The notes below the pieces were generated by a model, which did not search any database, had not been told where the DNA came from, and saw only the letters and a list, made by a program, of their open reading frames with translations. The translations under genes and the position numbers were made by a program. 64,000 nt of DNA from Octopus vulgaris (taxonomy: Eukaryota). Below, in pieces: positions 1 through 14,130 of this stretch. Location of the stretch: the NCBI GenBank assembly GCA_951406725.2, contig OX597834.1, positions 14,508,001 to 14,572,000 on the forward strand, given 5' to 3'. Every line of letters begins with the position of its first letter. Within the stretch, counting starts at the first letter, position 1.

Positions 1-3000
1 TGCATTGTTGAACATAAAACTAATCTAATACATAATTCATTTCTGAACTGGTCAGCGTTTGACCTGTTGTATTAAACTGTAACACCATCTGTAGTCGTAC
101 GAAAAAATGATGTACGCTGTCAACTCCCGAGCAGAAAATCGCGCTTCCTAACGTTAGTTTTTATTTTAACAGTCCTACGACAGTTGCTAATCGATTGTGT
201 ACCATATGGCTGCTGGTGTAAGAATACAATATATATTATGAATAGCACTAATGAATCGTATGTGATCGGATTTGACAATCTGTTGATATTGCACGCCCAC
301 CGTTCTCTTGCGCTGGAAGAAATTAAACTGTTGTTAGAAAATTGCTAGGGGCCGCCGGAGAAAGAATAAATTACATAGGGCTCAAGAAAGAGAGACGTTG
401 AGAGAGCAGGCAACAAGATCGTGCATTTGGGGACGACAGAAACATCTGGCTCAGAGTCACATCATCTGACTCAATAAAGCTCGCAGTGTAACGCCGTGGT
501 TTTGTCTTGTACCTTGTTAGGTGGCATTGGGTAGCTGTGGTGACGCAGTGGGAGAGATCGAAACACGAACCACCAACAGATTTGCTACACCGTTTCATGA
601 GGCATTGATTCTGGCATTCGGAGACAGAGTACAACATCACCTCTTCAGTGCGGAAACGTTTGCCCTAAATGTATCTCATTCAGTCAGATTGCAATTATTA
701 CTTGATAATAATTACTCTGCACTTAATATTCACGATGTACGTTCAGACTATTTCGAATCGATGAGGTTATTAATATTATAGCTGAGTGTCTGTGAAAACA
801 TTATTTATCCTTGTTCAATATTTAGAAAAAAAGGTAGCATTGATGTGAAACAGTTCTCGATTATCTTTCGGTGATTTTACAGCAACAGCTCAATGCAGCA
901 AGAAATCGTATCTCGTTGAAGATCAGATCATTTGATTTTATATCATTTTATTTCATTTTATGTTTTCATACGCTATAAACATAATTTGTGCTTCACATGT
1001 ATAACACACAGTACGTTGATGTAAGCTGTTGTTAGCTTATAGCGGTTGTGTCTTCTGATAAGATTGAGTACCTGCGAAGGAACCGCATATTTTGCGATAT
1101 ATCTCCCAGAGTGATTTGTTTGCACACCATATAGATATGTTTGTACCACAATTGTGTTATCTCTCAACAACTTTATGTATGCATATGCTCAGGTGTAGTG
1201 AAGATCTATGTATCTTGTACCGTATTTTCTTTATTTGAATGAATCATATTTGTATAGTTAAGCATGATGTTTAGTTATAGTTAATGTTCTCTGCAGTTAC
1301 TGATAAGAAAGCCAATAAATGGGGCAGGCGCTGCTTTAAGGCTTGCTCAATCTGTAAAATATGGAAACAAACAGTTCTCAAATGTCTCATCAATGTTTAA
1401 AAAAGCGACTAAACATTGCTGATAACGAGCAATTTCTCTTAGAATGTTAGCAAAATGTGTTGCGGGTAAAACACCTTCGCTCGCTTCCCTTATCTGGAGG
1501 AAAATAAACTAAATATTTTCCTTTAGGCAAAATAAAAATTTATCATTTTGCAGCAAACGTCATAACTATAAAAAAACCAAAAGATTTTCATTATCACAAA
1601 CGATATGAGAAATTCGTAAATCCAGTAATACGTGGTAACCGGATTAGATTTTCTTAACTTGATACAGCCAAACATGGATGATCAGTAGATGAAAAGAGAG
1701 CGCATGTAAAGAAACAAGGTTTAAATTGTAACTTGTAAGCAAACTATTTATCAGCAGAGCCCACAAAAAAGTGTGTAGTAAGGCAATTTGTTGATAAAGA
1801 ATGAAAACTGAAGAAAGAGTTTATCAAAAATACTTTACCCAAAGCAGATCTTCAAATGCAGAAGAAACGTTATAAACCAAATCACGAATGGCGAAATTAC
1901 GGCTTCAATAAGCGTAGGTAATCGATTTACCGAACGAGTAATCAAACCATCGAATAATTGATTGTTTCAATGTTAATGAAGAGAGGAATAATCATAAAAG
2001 AAGTGAAACACAACCAGTGCGTGTCGTATTCTTAGGAAAATGACTCTCCCGAGATATAAAAATTATCTGTTCACATTATCTGAAAAGATCAATAAGTTTG
2101 AATTGAAGGTTTTAACGGATCGCATCATCGTTTATTTTATTGAATTCAAAGAATTAATGAATGGCAATTTAATCAGCGATGGTCTTTGAAGTGAGAATGC
2201 AAAAGTGCAATGGTTCTACAGATTAATGGATTCTTTTTTAAAGAGTACTCTATCATTGTTTCAACTACTTTGAAACCGAATTTAATACCAATGGTTCCCT
2301 ATATTTTATTATATAAATATTCGAAAATTATTGCTAAAGATGATATGTCATAGTATGTTTAACACATTGCATCATACAATTTAGATAACTATATCAAGAT
2401 ATAATAAAAATTTTATGCAGTCAATATTTTCTTCGTGATTCCGACATTTTGAAATACTAATAAAAAGTTGGCGTAGATTAAATTCTCGTAAAACACTAAA
2501 AATTTGGAAAAAAAAACAACAACAAAAAAACAAACCGAAACACCGTAATTCCGATTAGAAAAATGGATGCATCAAATGAAACTGAATGGAATAAAATCTA
2601 AAATATCTTTATGTTAACAGCTATCATTATAACTTTATAACTTTAAAACAATCCACATCATCACAAATTACAGAAACAGAGCGTTATTCATTACAAAAGG
2701 AATTAAAAAAAAGATTCTAGACATATCGTAAACACTAAGGTATATAATCTGGTCTGTTTAAATTCTTTACAATGTTGTTAAACTAATTAACTCCGGATAT
2801 ATTTTGTAATATGAAATCTTTTATTTGATATTATATATTTTTTTTCCAAAATTAACTTAAAATGGCGGAATGTAAATTATTAAAATTTGGAATCTATGTT
2901 AAATATTACAATAGAAAATTAATTATACCTTGCGGAGACATTGACAAAGTAATGCACTGTATGACGAGGTTAATATCTCGGACGCAAAATAGAAGTAAAT

Positions 3001-3225
3001 ATTACAGCATATTAGATTAATATTCGAAATGTCTACCAAATAAAATATATAAAATGTATGAACGATATAACCGTTCGTTGGAAACATATGTGTACAACTG
3101 CGCTCGAAATTACAAGTGCTCAACTCCATCTATATATAGATAAATATACACACGCAGGCATACATACTTATACGTATGTGTATATATATATGTGTGTATG
3201 TGTATGTCTATGCATGTATATATGC

Positions 3226-3272
<47 letters not shown>

Positions 3273-3274
<2 letters not shown>

Positions 3275-3520
3275 TGTATGACATAAGGCTACATCCGGTA
3301 GTGAGGCACCAATACGGGGTCTCGAGAATTGTGGGAAGCTTGCCGTCAGTACATACTTATGATTTCCAGTACTGTTTTGACCTGGACCGGTGGGACCTGT
3401 GAGAGTCCTGCTTATGGCTTAGACTTCCTTGGATAGCTGAAGTTCCTGGCTTTTTTGTGTGCATGAATGTGGAAAAAGCATCTCCTCTAGAAGAAGGAAA
3501 CTCTGATATAATACAAGCAG
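3273..3520 (+). mobile_element. Possible 5' UTR-like fragment of an RTE-type retroelement
   Basis: GC-richer island following (TA)n; 'catctcctctagaagaaggaaactctga' resembles the motif I recall from RTE 5' regions. No coding support. Confidence 0.3.
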
Positions 3521-3607
3521 TGAAAATAATTCAAGCTTATCGCTGGAACTACAATTGCAACTGAGCGATTAGCCAAAGTTTTCTACAGGCTTTTGTCACT
3601 TAAATCC

Positions 3608-3838
3608 TATATCTTTACTACCCACTTGGGACTAAACACAGAGAGGACAAATAAGGACAAACAAAGGGATTAAGTCGATTATATCGACCTCAGTGCGTAA
3701 GTGGTACTTAATTTATCGACCCCGAAAGGATGAAAGGCGAAATCGACTTCGGCGGAATTTGAACCCAGAAAGTAACGGCAGACGAAATACCGCTAAGCAT
3801 TTCGCCCGGCTTGCTAACGATTCTGCCAGCTCGCCGCC
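3608..3838 (-). mobile_element. tRNA-derived SINE family A, monomer
   Basis: Minus strand: head GGCGGCGAGCTGGCAGAATCGTTAGC, B-box-like GGTTCAAATTCC, central GCCTTTCATCCTTTCGGGGTCGATAAATTAAGTACC (Meta/MESC-like domain, from memory), tail ...GTGGGTAGTAAAGA. Many copies in the window. Confidence 0.85.
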
Positions 3839-3929
3839 AAATCCGATGATGTAAAAATGTCTCGTTATTATTTCTGATTTGATAGCAAAAGGTTGCTTGA
3901 CTAGTTATATTTTAATAAAAAATAAGTTA

Positions 3930-4310
3930 TGTACTTACGGTTTAACATTATCTCTTTCGAAATAGTCACTTTGAGCAAATATACACTCGTCCCAGCGTTC
4001 TTGCCACATTTGGAATCTGGTCTGGAAGTCGCTTACTGTAAGCAAGACGAGAACCCTGTGCGATTCGCTCCGCATCCAGGCAACCGCCTTAAAACGAGGC
4101 CTTTTGAGCTGAAGTTTTATCTTGGAGAAGTGATGGAGCTCTGCTTGTGCTAAATCTAATGAATATGGTGGGTGCGAGAACGACAGCATGGTGTTTTGGC
4201 GAGACAGTCACGAGTGAGAAGAATTTGGTGACAGGATTTACTGCCGTCATGAAAAATCCAGTACTCCGCGCTATACAAATCTGGTTGCTTTCATAAATAA
4301 TTACCACCTG
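3930..4310 (-). mobile_element. Decayed mariner transposase, C-terminal fragment
   Basis: ORF 3935-4189 HPPYSLDLAQAELHHFSKIKLQLKRPRF...WQERWDECI..SDYFE matches the mariner HPPYSPDLAP..F.LF..LK motif and C-terminus; frameshifted upstream part. Confidence 0.8.
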
Positions 4311-5356
4311 AGCATTGTGGTCGATTTAACCCCAATTCTTCAGGCTTTGTCGCTTGTATTACTGAGGGTTCTTGTAAGCGTGTATTATAAATCATGTGTT
4401 ATGTACTGCAAAAGATATTAATTCATTTTACAAAATATAATGCAAATTTACTGTTATATGGTACTAGAGAATAATTCATGTTAGAGAAATTGATGTATTC
4501 TACTTAATGGCGCATGTAAAAGAGCTCATTTTCGTTTCTCCTGAAATATATTTTATTTAATAAGCTACAAGAAAGTATTTGCCTATTATTACGCGGTTCG
4601 ATCCATCGAAATGCGAAGCTCCATGGCGCTGGTAATTAGAAAAATAGAATTTATTCTTCTTGATCGTACAGCAGATGGTATACTATTAATCTTATCTGCC
4701 CACTCTTCCGGATGTATTCTCTTCTAAATCATTTCCTGAGTAACCGAGTTTCTTTTATAAAATTTCAAGAAAATTTTGAATATTCATAATAGAAGTAATT
4801 AGTTTTATGATACTGATTTGAACAACAATTAATTATTTTGTAAATTGTTGAAAAAAATGGCTTCAGCATAATTATACATGTCTGTGTAAAATTTAAAGAC
4901 TTTGTGTAGATGTATGTATGTATGTATGTATGTTTGAATGTATGCATTTATGTATGGATGGATGTGTATGTATGTATATATGTATGTATGTATATATGTA
5001 TGTATGTATGTATGTTCTCTTTCTCTTTTTTAATTTATATATGTATGTATGTATATATGTATGTATGTATGTATGTTCTCTTTCTCTTTTTTAATTTAGA
5101 GTAAATTTTGAGCGGCTTCCGATGTGATAACAAGATTGTGAAGCAAAGCACATTGCTTTAACCATCACCCTGTAAATCTTAAGAAAGCCATGAACATCTT
5201 TATAGTTTCAGATAGATACTGTGATCATATGTAGTGAATCAGTGTTGTCTGTTCCTGTTCGTTATTTGTCGACTTCTTGTGCGTAGAGAAAAACGTTCTC
5301 ATATTACATGTATTAGTCTTCCATGTTTTACTTCCATGTACGTTCCAAATGTAATT

Positions 5357-5762
5357 ACTCTTACTCTTTTACTTGTTTTAGCCATTTGACTGCGGCCATG
5401 CTGGAGCACTGCCTTTAATCGAGCAATTCGACCCCCGGGACTTATTCTTTGCAATCCCAGTACTTATTCTATCGGTCTCCTTTTGCCGAACCGCTAAGTG
5501 ACGGGGACATAAACACACCAGCATCGGTTGTCAAGCGATATTGGGGGGACAAACACAGACACACAAACATACACACACATACATATATATGTATACATAT
5601 ATCCGACAGGCTTCTTTCAGTTTCCGTCTACCAAATCCACTCAAAAGGCATTGGTCGGCCCGAGGCTACAGCAGAAGACACTTGCCCGAGATGCCACGCA
5701 GTGGGACTGAACCCGGAACCATGTGGTTGGTAAGCAAGCTACTTACCACACAGCCACTCCTG
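5357..5762 (-). mobile_element. tRNA-derived CORE-like SINE family B
   Basis: Minus-strand head ..GGAGTGGCTGTGTGGTAAG..GGGTTCAGTCCC, then GTGGCATCTCGGGCAAGTGTCTT (CORE-like), internal (CA/TA)n, tail ..GTAAAAGAGTAAGAGT; more than 10 copies in the window. Confidence 0.85.
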
Positions 5763-5784
5763 CTGTTGTTGTTTTATTAAAGTT

Positions 5785-5979
5785 ATCTATGTGCACCAGG
5801 CCACGACCTCATTCTGAGCGACTTAGGTATATATTCTATCTATGTCTGCTTTGGGGGATGATGACTTCGGTACGCTGTTAATAGGTTTCTAGTTTTTCTA
5901 TCTAGCTTTCTCAATCCATTGATCTGCCAGTTTATTCTGTTGAAACTAATTTATGACTGGTATGGGTAGCGTATTTATC

Positions 5980-5980
<1 letters not shown>
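5785..5980 (-). mobile_element. R4/Dong-type LINE, RT-thumb fragment
   Basis: Minus strand reads INTLPIPVI..FNRINWQINGLRKLDRKTRNLLTAYRSHHP.KADIDRIY..GRGLV, homologous to INALAIPVVTYSFNIVNW..LDRKIRKLLTMHRMHHPKADTERLY of the element at 27431-28060; abuts (TTA)n. Confidence 0.75.
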
Positions 5981-6042
<62 letters not shown>

Positions 6043-6089
6043 GTTGTTGTTGTTGTTATCACTGTTGCTGTTGTTGTTGCTGCTGCTAC

Positions 6090-6420
6090 TGTTGTCTCAT
6101 GAAAACTCTCGCTATATTTTTACTGGATATGATGAGAAGATTCAGCTGCCCAGAGCCAGCAGATTGAGTTGACACGTATTCACTGATCATGTTACAAGAT
6201 GCCTGCAGAGAATTTCTCGCAATTTTAAGTGATGCTGATATTTGCAAGAGTTCTACCATTGCATTTGTTCCAATCTTTTTTTCTGTCACGTTGGGTATTG
6301 GACACTTGCACTTTCAAACGCGCCAATCTCTATTGGCATCACGCACACTCTCTTCATTGCCCACAAACAGCGTGTTATCCACTTCAATTCATCGTAGTTA
6401 TTCACTTTACCTCTCCTAAC
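6090..6420 (-). mobile_element. R4/Dong-type LINE, RLE C-terminal fragment
   Basis: KVNNYDELKW..LWAMKRVCVMPIEIGA then KKIGTNAMVELLQISASLKIAR, homologous to KYKDLEIEISKMWKLKTKTIPVVIGALG..VQKIVLMGTAHIL at 28819-29079. Confidence 0.7.
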
Positions 6421-6639
6421 ATCACTATTATTATCATTATTTATTATTATTATCATTATTATTATCATTATTATTATTATCATTATTTATTATTATTATC
6501 ATTATTATTACTTTCTTTTTTTTCTTCTTTCAAATTTTCTTCCATTTCTTGCCGAGTGTCTTCCCGACTCTATTATCATTATTATTATTATCATTATTAT
6601 TATCATTATTATTATTATAACTATTATTATTATTATTAC

Positions 6640-6676
<37 letters not shown>

Positions 6677-6770
6677 GTTATTGTTATTATTATTATCATT
6701 ATTATTATTATTGTTATTACTATTATTATTATTATCATCATTATTATTATTTTTATTATTATTATTATTA

Positions 6771-6982
6771 TTGAGTGAGAGAGCAGTGCATGCCATCAAA
6801 GTGACACTGGGGTAAAATATACAAAGCCCAATATACCCATCATGACTACCCGTCTGATAAAGGTACACCAGGCACATGCATCACAACCATATGTGCGCGA
6901 CATGGTGATCTCATATCAAGATAAACAGCACATGACCTTGCAGGAGGGGGCCCAGTTAGAAATTTCTTCAGGTTGAGTAGCC
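6771..6982 (-). mobile_element. Non-coding (TAA)n-inserted element, 3' fragment
   Basis: Reverse complement of about 30350-30561; flanked on both sides by (TTA)n. Confidence 0.75.
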
Positions 6983-7001
6983 TTATTATTATTATTATTA
7001 A

Positions 7002-7062
<61 letters not shown>

Positions 7063-7202
7063 ATTATTATTATTATTATTATATTTTCTCAACATTCATA
7101 AGTATATGCATGTAGTTAGTTATTTTTAGATACATGCATTTATACATACATACATATATATACATTCATAATACATATATATATATATTCATGCATACAT
7201 AC

Positions 7203-7252
<50 letters not shown>

Positions 7253-7406
7253 GCATTGTTTACGCTGTAGGTTGGGGCTTACATAAACATGTCGTAACAA
7301 ATCAATCAATACAGAGTATTTGTTACAGCAAGAGTTTAGAATGCATATCACATATAATAAGACTATAATTACATATATACCTACCTACATACATACATAT
7401 ATATAA

Positions 7407-7439
<33 letters not shown>

Positions 7440-7473
7440 CGTGTATAAATGTATAGATATATATATAAACACT

Positions 7474-7540
<67 letters not shown>

Positions 7541-7883
7541 ATTTATGTATGTATATACATATAATATTTTATATACACGTGCAGATGAGGTTGAATATAA
7601 TTTTTAGATTTTACAATTTCTTTACGTTTTCGTTAGTTGTGTTTGCGAATATGAGCGTATACGTGCCATGTTTTAGGCGTCCTTTCATTTAAGTTCTACT
7701 TGGCGTTAGTAATGTACCGAACATAACTGATCGACAAATTTGTTTACGTATGAGACTTAATGGATGTTTATTTTTACATTTTCGAACAGATTCTTCTTTC
7801 TCCGTTTCTCTCTCCTATCAATACATACCTATCTTGATAGATACCTAAATACATGCACACGTACATATCGGCATAAAGACAAA

Positions 7884-7918
<35 letters not shown>

Positions 7919-8028
7919 TTGTATATATCTATCTATATATTAATATATATGTGTACATACATACATATATACGTATATAAGTATACATATATAAACAGAC
8001 ATAATTATATATATATATAGAGAGAGAA

Positions 8029-8060
<32 letters not shown>

Positions 8061-8151
8061 ATATGCAGGGAATTATATGCGTATACATGCAAGTATATAA
8101 ATACATTCATTCATTTGTAAATATATGTATATATATGCGTATATATATATA

Positions 8152-8186
<35 letters not shown>

Positions 8187-8247
8187 TTATATGCATATAT
8201 ATATATGTATATAGATATTTATATATATATATATGTATATATATATG

Positions 8248-8302
<55 letters not shown>

Positions 8303-8333
8303 GTTTGAGTCTGTACGTACATCAAGGACTCTA

Positions 8334-8377
<44 letters not shown>

Positions 8378-8482
8378 ATATGTATATTTATATATGTATA
8401 TAAATGTATCTATATATACATATATATAAATATATAGACACCTATTTATATACACAATCCTGTATATACATACGTTTATATC

Positions 8483-8521
<39 letters not shown>

Positions 8522-8559
8522 ATTTATTTATGTATTTATACACACACATATACACACAC

Positions 8560-8626
<67 letters not shown>

Positions 8627-9251
8627 CATACATATGTATACTTTTATGTATTTCTCGTCCATCTTCTTCACACATTTTACTGCCGTAACTATAGAATCTA
8701 CCCAACCTCATTCAAAGAAAACAGAAAAACTTGAAGCCAAATTGAAGAGAAACTATGAATGACGTTGAAGAGTTGTATTAGAACGGCTTCTTCTACACAC
8801 ATTATAAATAATGTGTCAGAAAAATCATGGTCTTTTACAGAGTGCTTAGTTTTTATCTTCCATTAACACTTCTTAAATTGTCTCTGTGAACGGACTGTCA
8901 AATACTGACTCGTCACATCAGGTAGCAGATGTCTGACTTCTAATGTATATTCATAGGGAATAACAAACAAAGTAGAATGCTGGGTATATGTTTGTATGTA
9001 GTTATATGGCTTGTTTGTTTCTGTGTCTATTGAATGTGCGTAATTGGACGTTAATGCGTGAGAATGTATGTGTGGGTGTATGTATGTGTGGGTGTATGTA
9101 TGTGTATGTGCGTGTGTGGGTATATCTGTATGTTTGAACGTATGCAAACGTGTGTATGAGGTTGTTCTTATTTGTGTCTATGTCATTTTGCAAAGTGTGT
9201 TCATGCTGAAGTCTTGTGTTATTAGGTGCAATCTACATATATGTATGTATG

Positions 9252-9301
<50 letters not shown>

Positions 9302-9342
9302 CATATATATCGATACACTCATGAATTCATATATATATATAT

Positions 9343-9373
<31 letters not shown>

Positions 9374-9476
9374 TTTTGTATTATTTTACTTGTTTCAATC
9401 ATTTGACTGCGGCCATGCTGGAGCACCACCTCTAATCGTACAATTCGACACCAGGACTTATTCTTGTAAATTTCCT

Positions 9477-9575
9477 GAATATACTTGATGAAGGATGGAT
9501 GGTATATCGGCCGAAACCTTGTGTTAACAATAAACAAGATTAGGACAAACACCCGTCAAATGTTAATAATGTCAA
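9477..9575 (+). mobile_element. Tail fragment of the tRNA-head/hammerhead element with a degenerate hammerhead
   Basis: TTGATGA aggatgga..tatcggcc GAAA ccTT gtgttaacaataaacaagat matches 51781-51850. Confidence 0.7.
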
Positions 9576-9585
9576 TAATAATAAT

Positions 9586-9660
<75 letters not shown>

Positions 9661-9954
9661 AGAAATTATTATGTGCAGATCAATGTAGTACATAAATGCT
9701 ATAAATATTCGCAGGAAATAGTGGGCTGGCAAACACATTTGGACACAAAAAGTCAGAAGGTGAAGTCTTAAATGGAGAGCGTACGTCCATCACATCGGCC
9801 CCACATCTTTATTGATACTTATTTTATCGGCTGTGACAGTTTGGAAGTTAAAACTCCCATCAGCGGGAGTTGAACAAAAAAAACAGTTATGCATTTTGTC
9901 AGCCGCTTCAAAATCTCTGCAAATATATTTCGTAAATAATACGGTGGCCGGCCT

Positions 9955-10275
9955 TGTGTAGTTTCGATATTTCGGGTGAATCTACACTTATTCATGCTTG
10001 CGTATGATAAGAGATTTTATGACTGAAGGTAGACTTTGAGTATGAGTCTCAATTGTTTTCTGAAAGTGTGTGTGTCAATCGTATTGTAATTTATGAATAG
10101 CAATTCATGAACGAAGCGCTCGTGTAAAGGGTTGACGATCTCGTCTCGTTTCGATATTTCTGGTGGGTCCTTATTTATTCAGTTTGCACATGATGATACA
10201 CATTTCATGACCGAAGTTAGGCTTTGAGTATCGATCCCCATCATTTTCTGAACGTGTATTTGTCGTTCTATTTTT
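9955..10275. repeat. Old ~189-bp tandem duplication whose second unit is interrupted by the RTE insertion
   Basis: gtttcgatatttc..ttattca..tttgagtat..ttttctgaa occurs at about 9961 and 10149; the continuation caattc.tgaac.aagc.ctcgtgtaaa occurs at about 10101 and again at 11082, after the RTE. Confidence 0.6.
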
Positions 10276-10281
10276 GTTCTT

Positions 10282-10985
10282 CTCTTCTTGTCTTGAGACA
10301 GCATTCACCCGGGGTGGTTTGAGCTAGCTTCATTCATCCTCAATGCTGCATCTCTCACAAACGCCGACCAGGCCTGGTGATTTGAGGCTAACGACCGCAT
10401 GATCTCCAACCATTCCTCATTCCAGCGACGAACGCCGTAGATATGGGGGGCCTAGGTTGGGTTCCAGATCAACCTTTACTCTCATCAGCCAGGTTTTTCG
10501 CTGTCCACCACATCACTTTCGCCAAATCTGAAGGAGAGCTGGGGCAATTGCTACGTAGATGAATTCTCCTGGTTGGCGACGGAGGGCATGACCCAACCAA
10601 CGCATACGTCTCATTAGGATGGCTTGTCGGAGGGAGGTGATTTTGCACTGGTGTCGAACCGAATTGTTGGAGACAAAGTGATGTCATCGGACACGAAGGA
10701 TGCGGCGTAGACAGAGGCGATCGAAGGATTCTAGTCGCTTAATATCTTCCACCCTCATCGGCCATGACTCGCTGCAGTAAAGGAGAATCGTTCGCACTAG
10801 TGCTTGGTAGATCCGTACGTTGGTGGTGCGTCGGATCTCAGATCTTGACCAGAGTCGTGCATTGAGTCGTGCATTGAAGGCTTGGCGAGCGAGGTCGATT
10901 AGTGTATTAATGTCAGCCTCACCTTGACCTGTGGCTGTAATGATGGCGCCAGGGTATTTGAAACTCTTCAAGAATATCACCTTTG
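10282..10985 (-). mobile_element. 5'-truncated RTE-clade LINE (RT end and C-terminus), decayed
   Basis: KSFKYPGAII..ARQAF..LWSRSEIRRTTNVRIYQALVRTILLYCSESW..LESFDRLCLRRILRVR, then RRMRWLGHALRR..GGQRKTW in shifted frames; these are RTE-type motifs. Confidence 0.85.
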
Positions 10986-11225
10986 AGAATAAAATACTCC
11001 ATCCTAAAGTCGGAGGGAGGTGATTTTGCGCTGGTGTCGCATCGAACTGTTGGATCGCATCCTATTTTAGTTGATGACAACCAATTCTTGAACAAAGCTC
11101 TCGTGTAAAACCTCCCACGATATCATTCAACACTAGTCTGTAAGTGCACGAACGCCTCCATGAGTAATCCGTGCCAGAGATTAAATTTACTGGAAATTCA
11201 TGGAAGTTATATTTCAATCATTTAA

Positions 11226-11457
11226 GGCGGCGAGCTGGCAGACAGGTTAGCGCGCCGGGCGGAATGCTTAGCGGTATTTCGTCTGTCGTTACGTTCTGAG
11301 TTCAAATTCCGCCGAGGTCGCCTTTGCCTTTCATCCTTTCGGGGTCGATAAATAAAAGTACCAGTTTCGCACTGGGGTCGATGTAATCGACTTAATCCCT
11401 TTGTCTGTCCTTGTTTGTCCTCTCTATGTTTAGCCCCTTGTGGGCAATAAAGAAATA
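11226..11457 (+). mobile_element. SINE family A, full monomer with 16-bp TSD
   Basis: Intact head, body and tail; TSD tatatttcaatcattt at 11208-11223 and 11458-11473. Confidence 0.9.
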
Positions 11458-12494
11458 TATATTTCAATCATTTTGTGCTTAGCGCACTACTGTATCGTCA
11501 GAGATATGTACCGAGATAAAATTAAATACATGCAACTAGTCTGTTTCAAAGTTTACAAAAGTATCTATTCATGTACTTACATGACGACAGCGGTTCTCCA
11601 CACAGTAGCAATATTTCCGTTTTAACAGTCTCTTCATTGAACTGTATTTACTAGACTAAACAATAGAACAATACAAAAAGTTCTACAACGCTACAAATAT
11701 GCCCAATACTTCGTGTATTTCTTATATACAAATAACTGTATTCTATTGATCAAATGTGCACTAACTACACAAAAGTTCAACGTAATAACACACAAAAAAA
11801 ATACTTATAAAACAGAACAGAAAATGCATTATCCGTATCGTCACCTATCACTAATAATATATTACAAAACAGAAAATTTATAAAGTTTCTTGTTATTCAG
11901 ATATCACAAGTCTGTAAATGCACGAACGTTAACAATCTACTATCAAGCGATATGAGATACAAAATCATACAGCGAATGGTTAAATTATACACTTCGAGTT
12001 CACATTTGATATATTCTCTGTATAAAAATGAAGCTTTTTCACACAGAACATCGTGCGATTATTATATATATAGCTATATATATAATATATATGGTAGATA
12101 GATGATTCAGATTTCAGCATATATATATATATATATATATAAGCTCCCGATATATATGCCTGTCGATATAGGTCTGCTTGAGCATGGTATATCAGAGTTT
12201 AACGTCACCGGATTACATCACATCCTATCATGTGTCAATTAAAAGACCGGATGTGGATGACAGATGTGTATTCTGCAAAACTGCCCAGAAATATACGTGT
12301 CTGTGTCTGCCTGTGTGTATATGTATGTGTCAGTCCGCAATTGTCTCGATTTAAACGTATTTCATAAAAAAAAAAAGGGGATCTCTAATTTCCTTCCCCG
12401 TTTAAACTGCAGAAACCAACAGAATTCTAATTCCTGCTACACACAAAAAAAAAACCCAACTAATTATTATCTCGAATATGATCCACCACTATTT

Positions 12495-12720
12495 AAGGCG
12501 GCGAACTGGCAGAATCGTTAGCAAAACAAGAACAATATTTACCTTTATATCGTCCGTCTTCACGTAGTGAGTTCAAATTTCGCCGAGGTCGACGTTTCAA
12601 TTTTTTTTTTTCCCTACCAGAATTAGAACATAGGTAACAGTTAATTACTGCAAGCGATGTAATCCACTTATAGCCTTACTCGAAATATTTGGCCTTTTAC
12701 CAAAATTTGAACCCAATATT
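12495..12720 (+). mobile_element. SINE family A, decayed copy
   Basis: ggcggcgaactggcagaatcgttagc..gagttcaaatttcgccgaggtcgac. Confidence 0.7.
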
Positions 12721-14130
12721 ATTGTCTGCATTCTTAAATGTTAAGACTCCAGCATCTCAGGTGTCCTATCAGCTACTAAAATAATTAGAACAATAAAAAC
12801 GAGTCTATTCGTGTGTGTGTGTGTATTAATTTGGGGTTGATAGTCTTCCGTTTTTAACCGATGTCGACCCTGTCCAAATTTTGGAGTTGGTTATATAAAT
12901 AGGAATAACAAACATACGGAAGTGTGCAATTAACCGTTACTGCAGTAAGTAAACCAAATGCAATGATGAAACAAATACAACGAGCACTATTAGTTAGCCT
13001 CTATTGCAGTAAATGAACTAAGTACATCTGTCCCTTTAACTGTCACATCTAAGGTGTCTTACTGTTTAAATTACGTAAAGCCCAGTAGCGCATCAATGTC
13101 TTCCAACGACAATAGTGGCAGGTATTACAATTAATGAAAGTATGGTACATATTACGTCGCCATAGACTTTTGCGAGCCATGCCTCGATGTACTTTTAAAA
13201 CATTTAGCACATGCTTTATTAAGCCACGTATAAACCGGTTGATGATGTTTAGTCAGCAATTTGACCTCATCTGGTTGATCTACGATAAAAGTAGTTCTAG
13301 TTTATTTTAGTTTATTTTATTGGTGAGGCTGATTTATTTTATTGGAGTCAACACGGATGTGTGTTTTACTTTAAAGATGAATAAAACTTAATTCTCAAAC
13401 GCGAGCCTATTCGATGCATATATTTTAATTTATGGAAACATGTAGAAATAAACTTTAATGAAAAAAAGATATGTTTGTGTTTTTGGTTTTTACATTATAG
13501 CGTTTGTACAAGTTGTATTGATCTCACGTTGAAGTTAGTTAAATGATGTTAATTTGATTAAGTATCTGGAGAGTTTACAGATAAAGATAAAACATGATTT
13601 AGGTGAATTAATTAGCAGCATTATCGACTTGAAGCTTCAATATAAATTACGATTCAATGTGTATCGATGTTGCGTTTCATTTTAACCTGCGTTCATACAC
13701 AGAAATATTTCAGCGCAAATGAACAAACATAACAGTTTTAATTAATTAGCAAAAGAAAATAGTCCTACACATTGGCTATTATCTGAGTAGTATCAATATC
13801 GTTTCTCCTTAAAATGCAATAGCAAGAACGAAATTAGCCATAAAATCTGCAGGTTACTGTCAGATGAGAGAAAAAGGAAACACAAAGCATGTATATTGTC
13901 TTTCATTTTAATTTACATATATCACAGAAAAAAGTTTGTTAATTGCTAACAGGACTAATTTATTGCAGGACAGCATGATGGGAAACAGTGAACTGCAAAC
14001 CGCAGATTAGTATTATTCCCCTAATATCTTCGATCAAATTAAAATGCTTCTGCCTGAAAATTCGTTTCCCCGGTTCCCCGTTTGGGTAATTTCTGACACT
14101 CTGATTAAATTATTTACTGGATATTAAATA

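Noticed and set aside
371-781. Cys-rich minus ORF and overlapping plus ORF as host exons
   Set aside because: No recognisable domain. GKRFRTEEVM..LMKRCSK on the minus strand weakly resembles a mariner C-terminus, but the evidence is too thin either way.
7100-8700. Many YI/IY, CV, HT and LSIY-rich ORFs here and throughout the window
   Set aside because: Translations of (TA)n, (TG)n, (CA)n and (TATC)n microsatellites.
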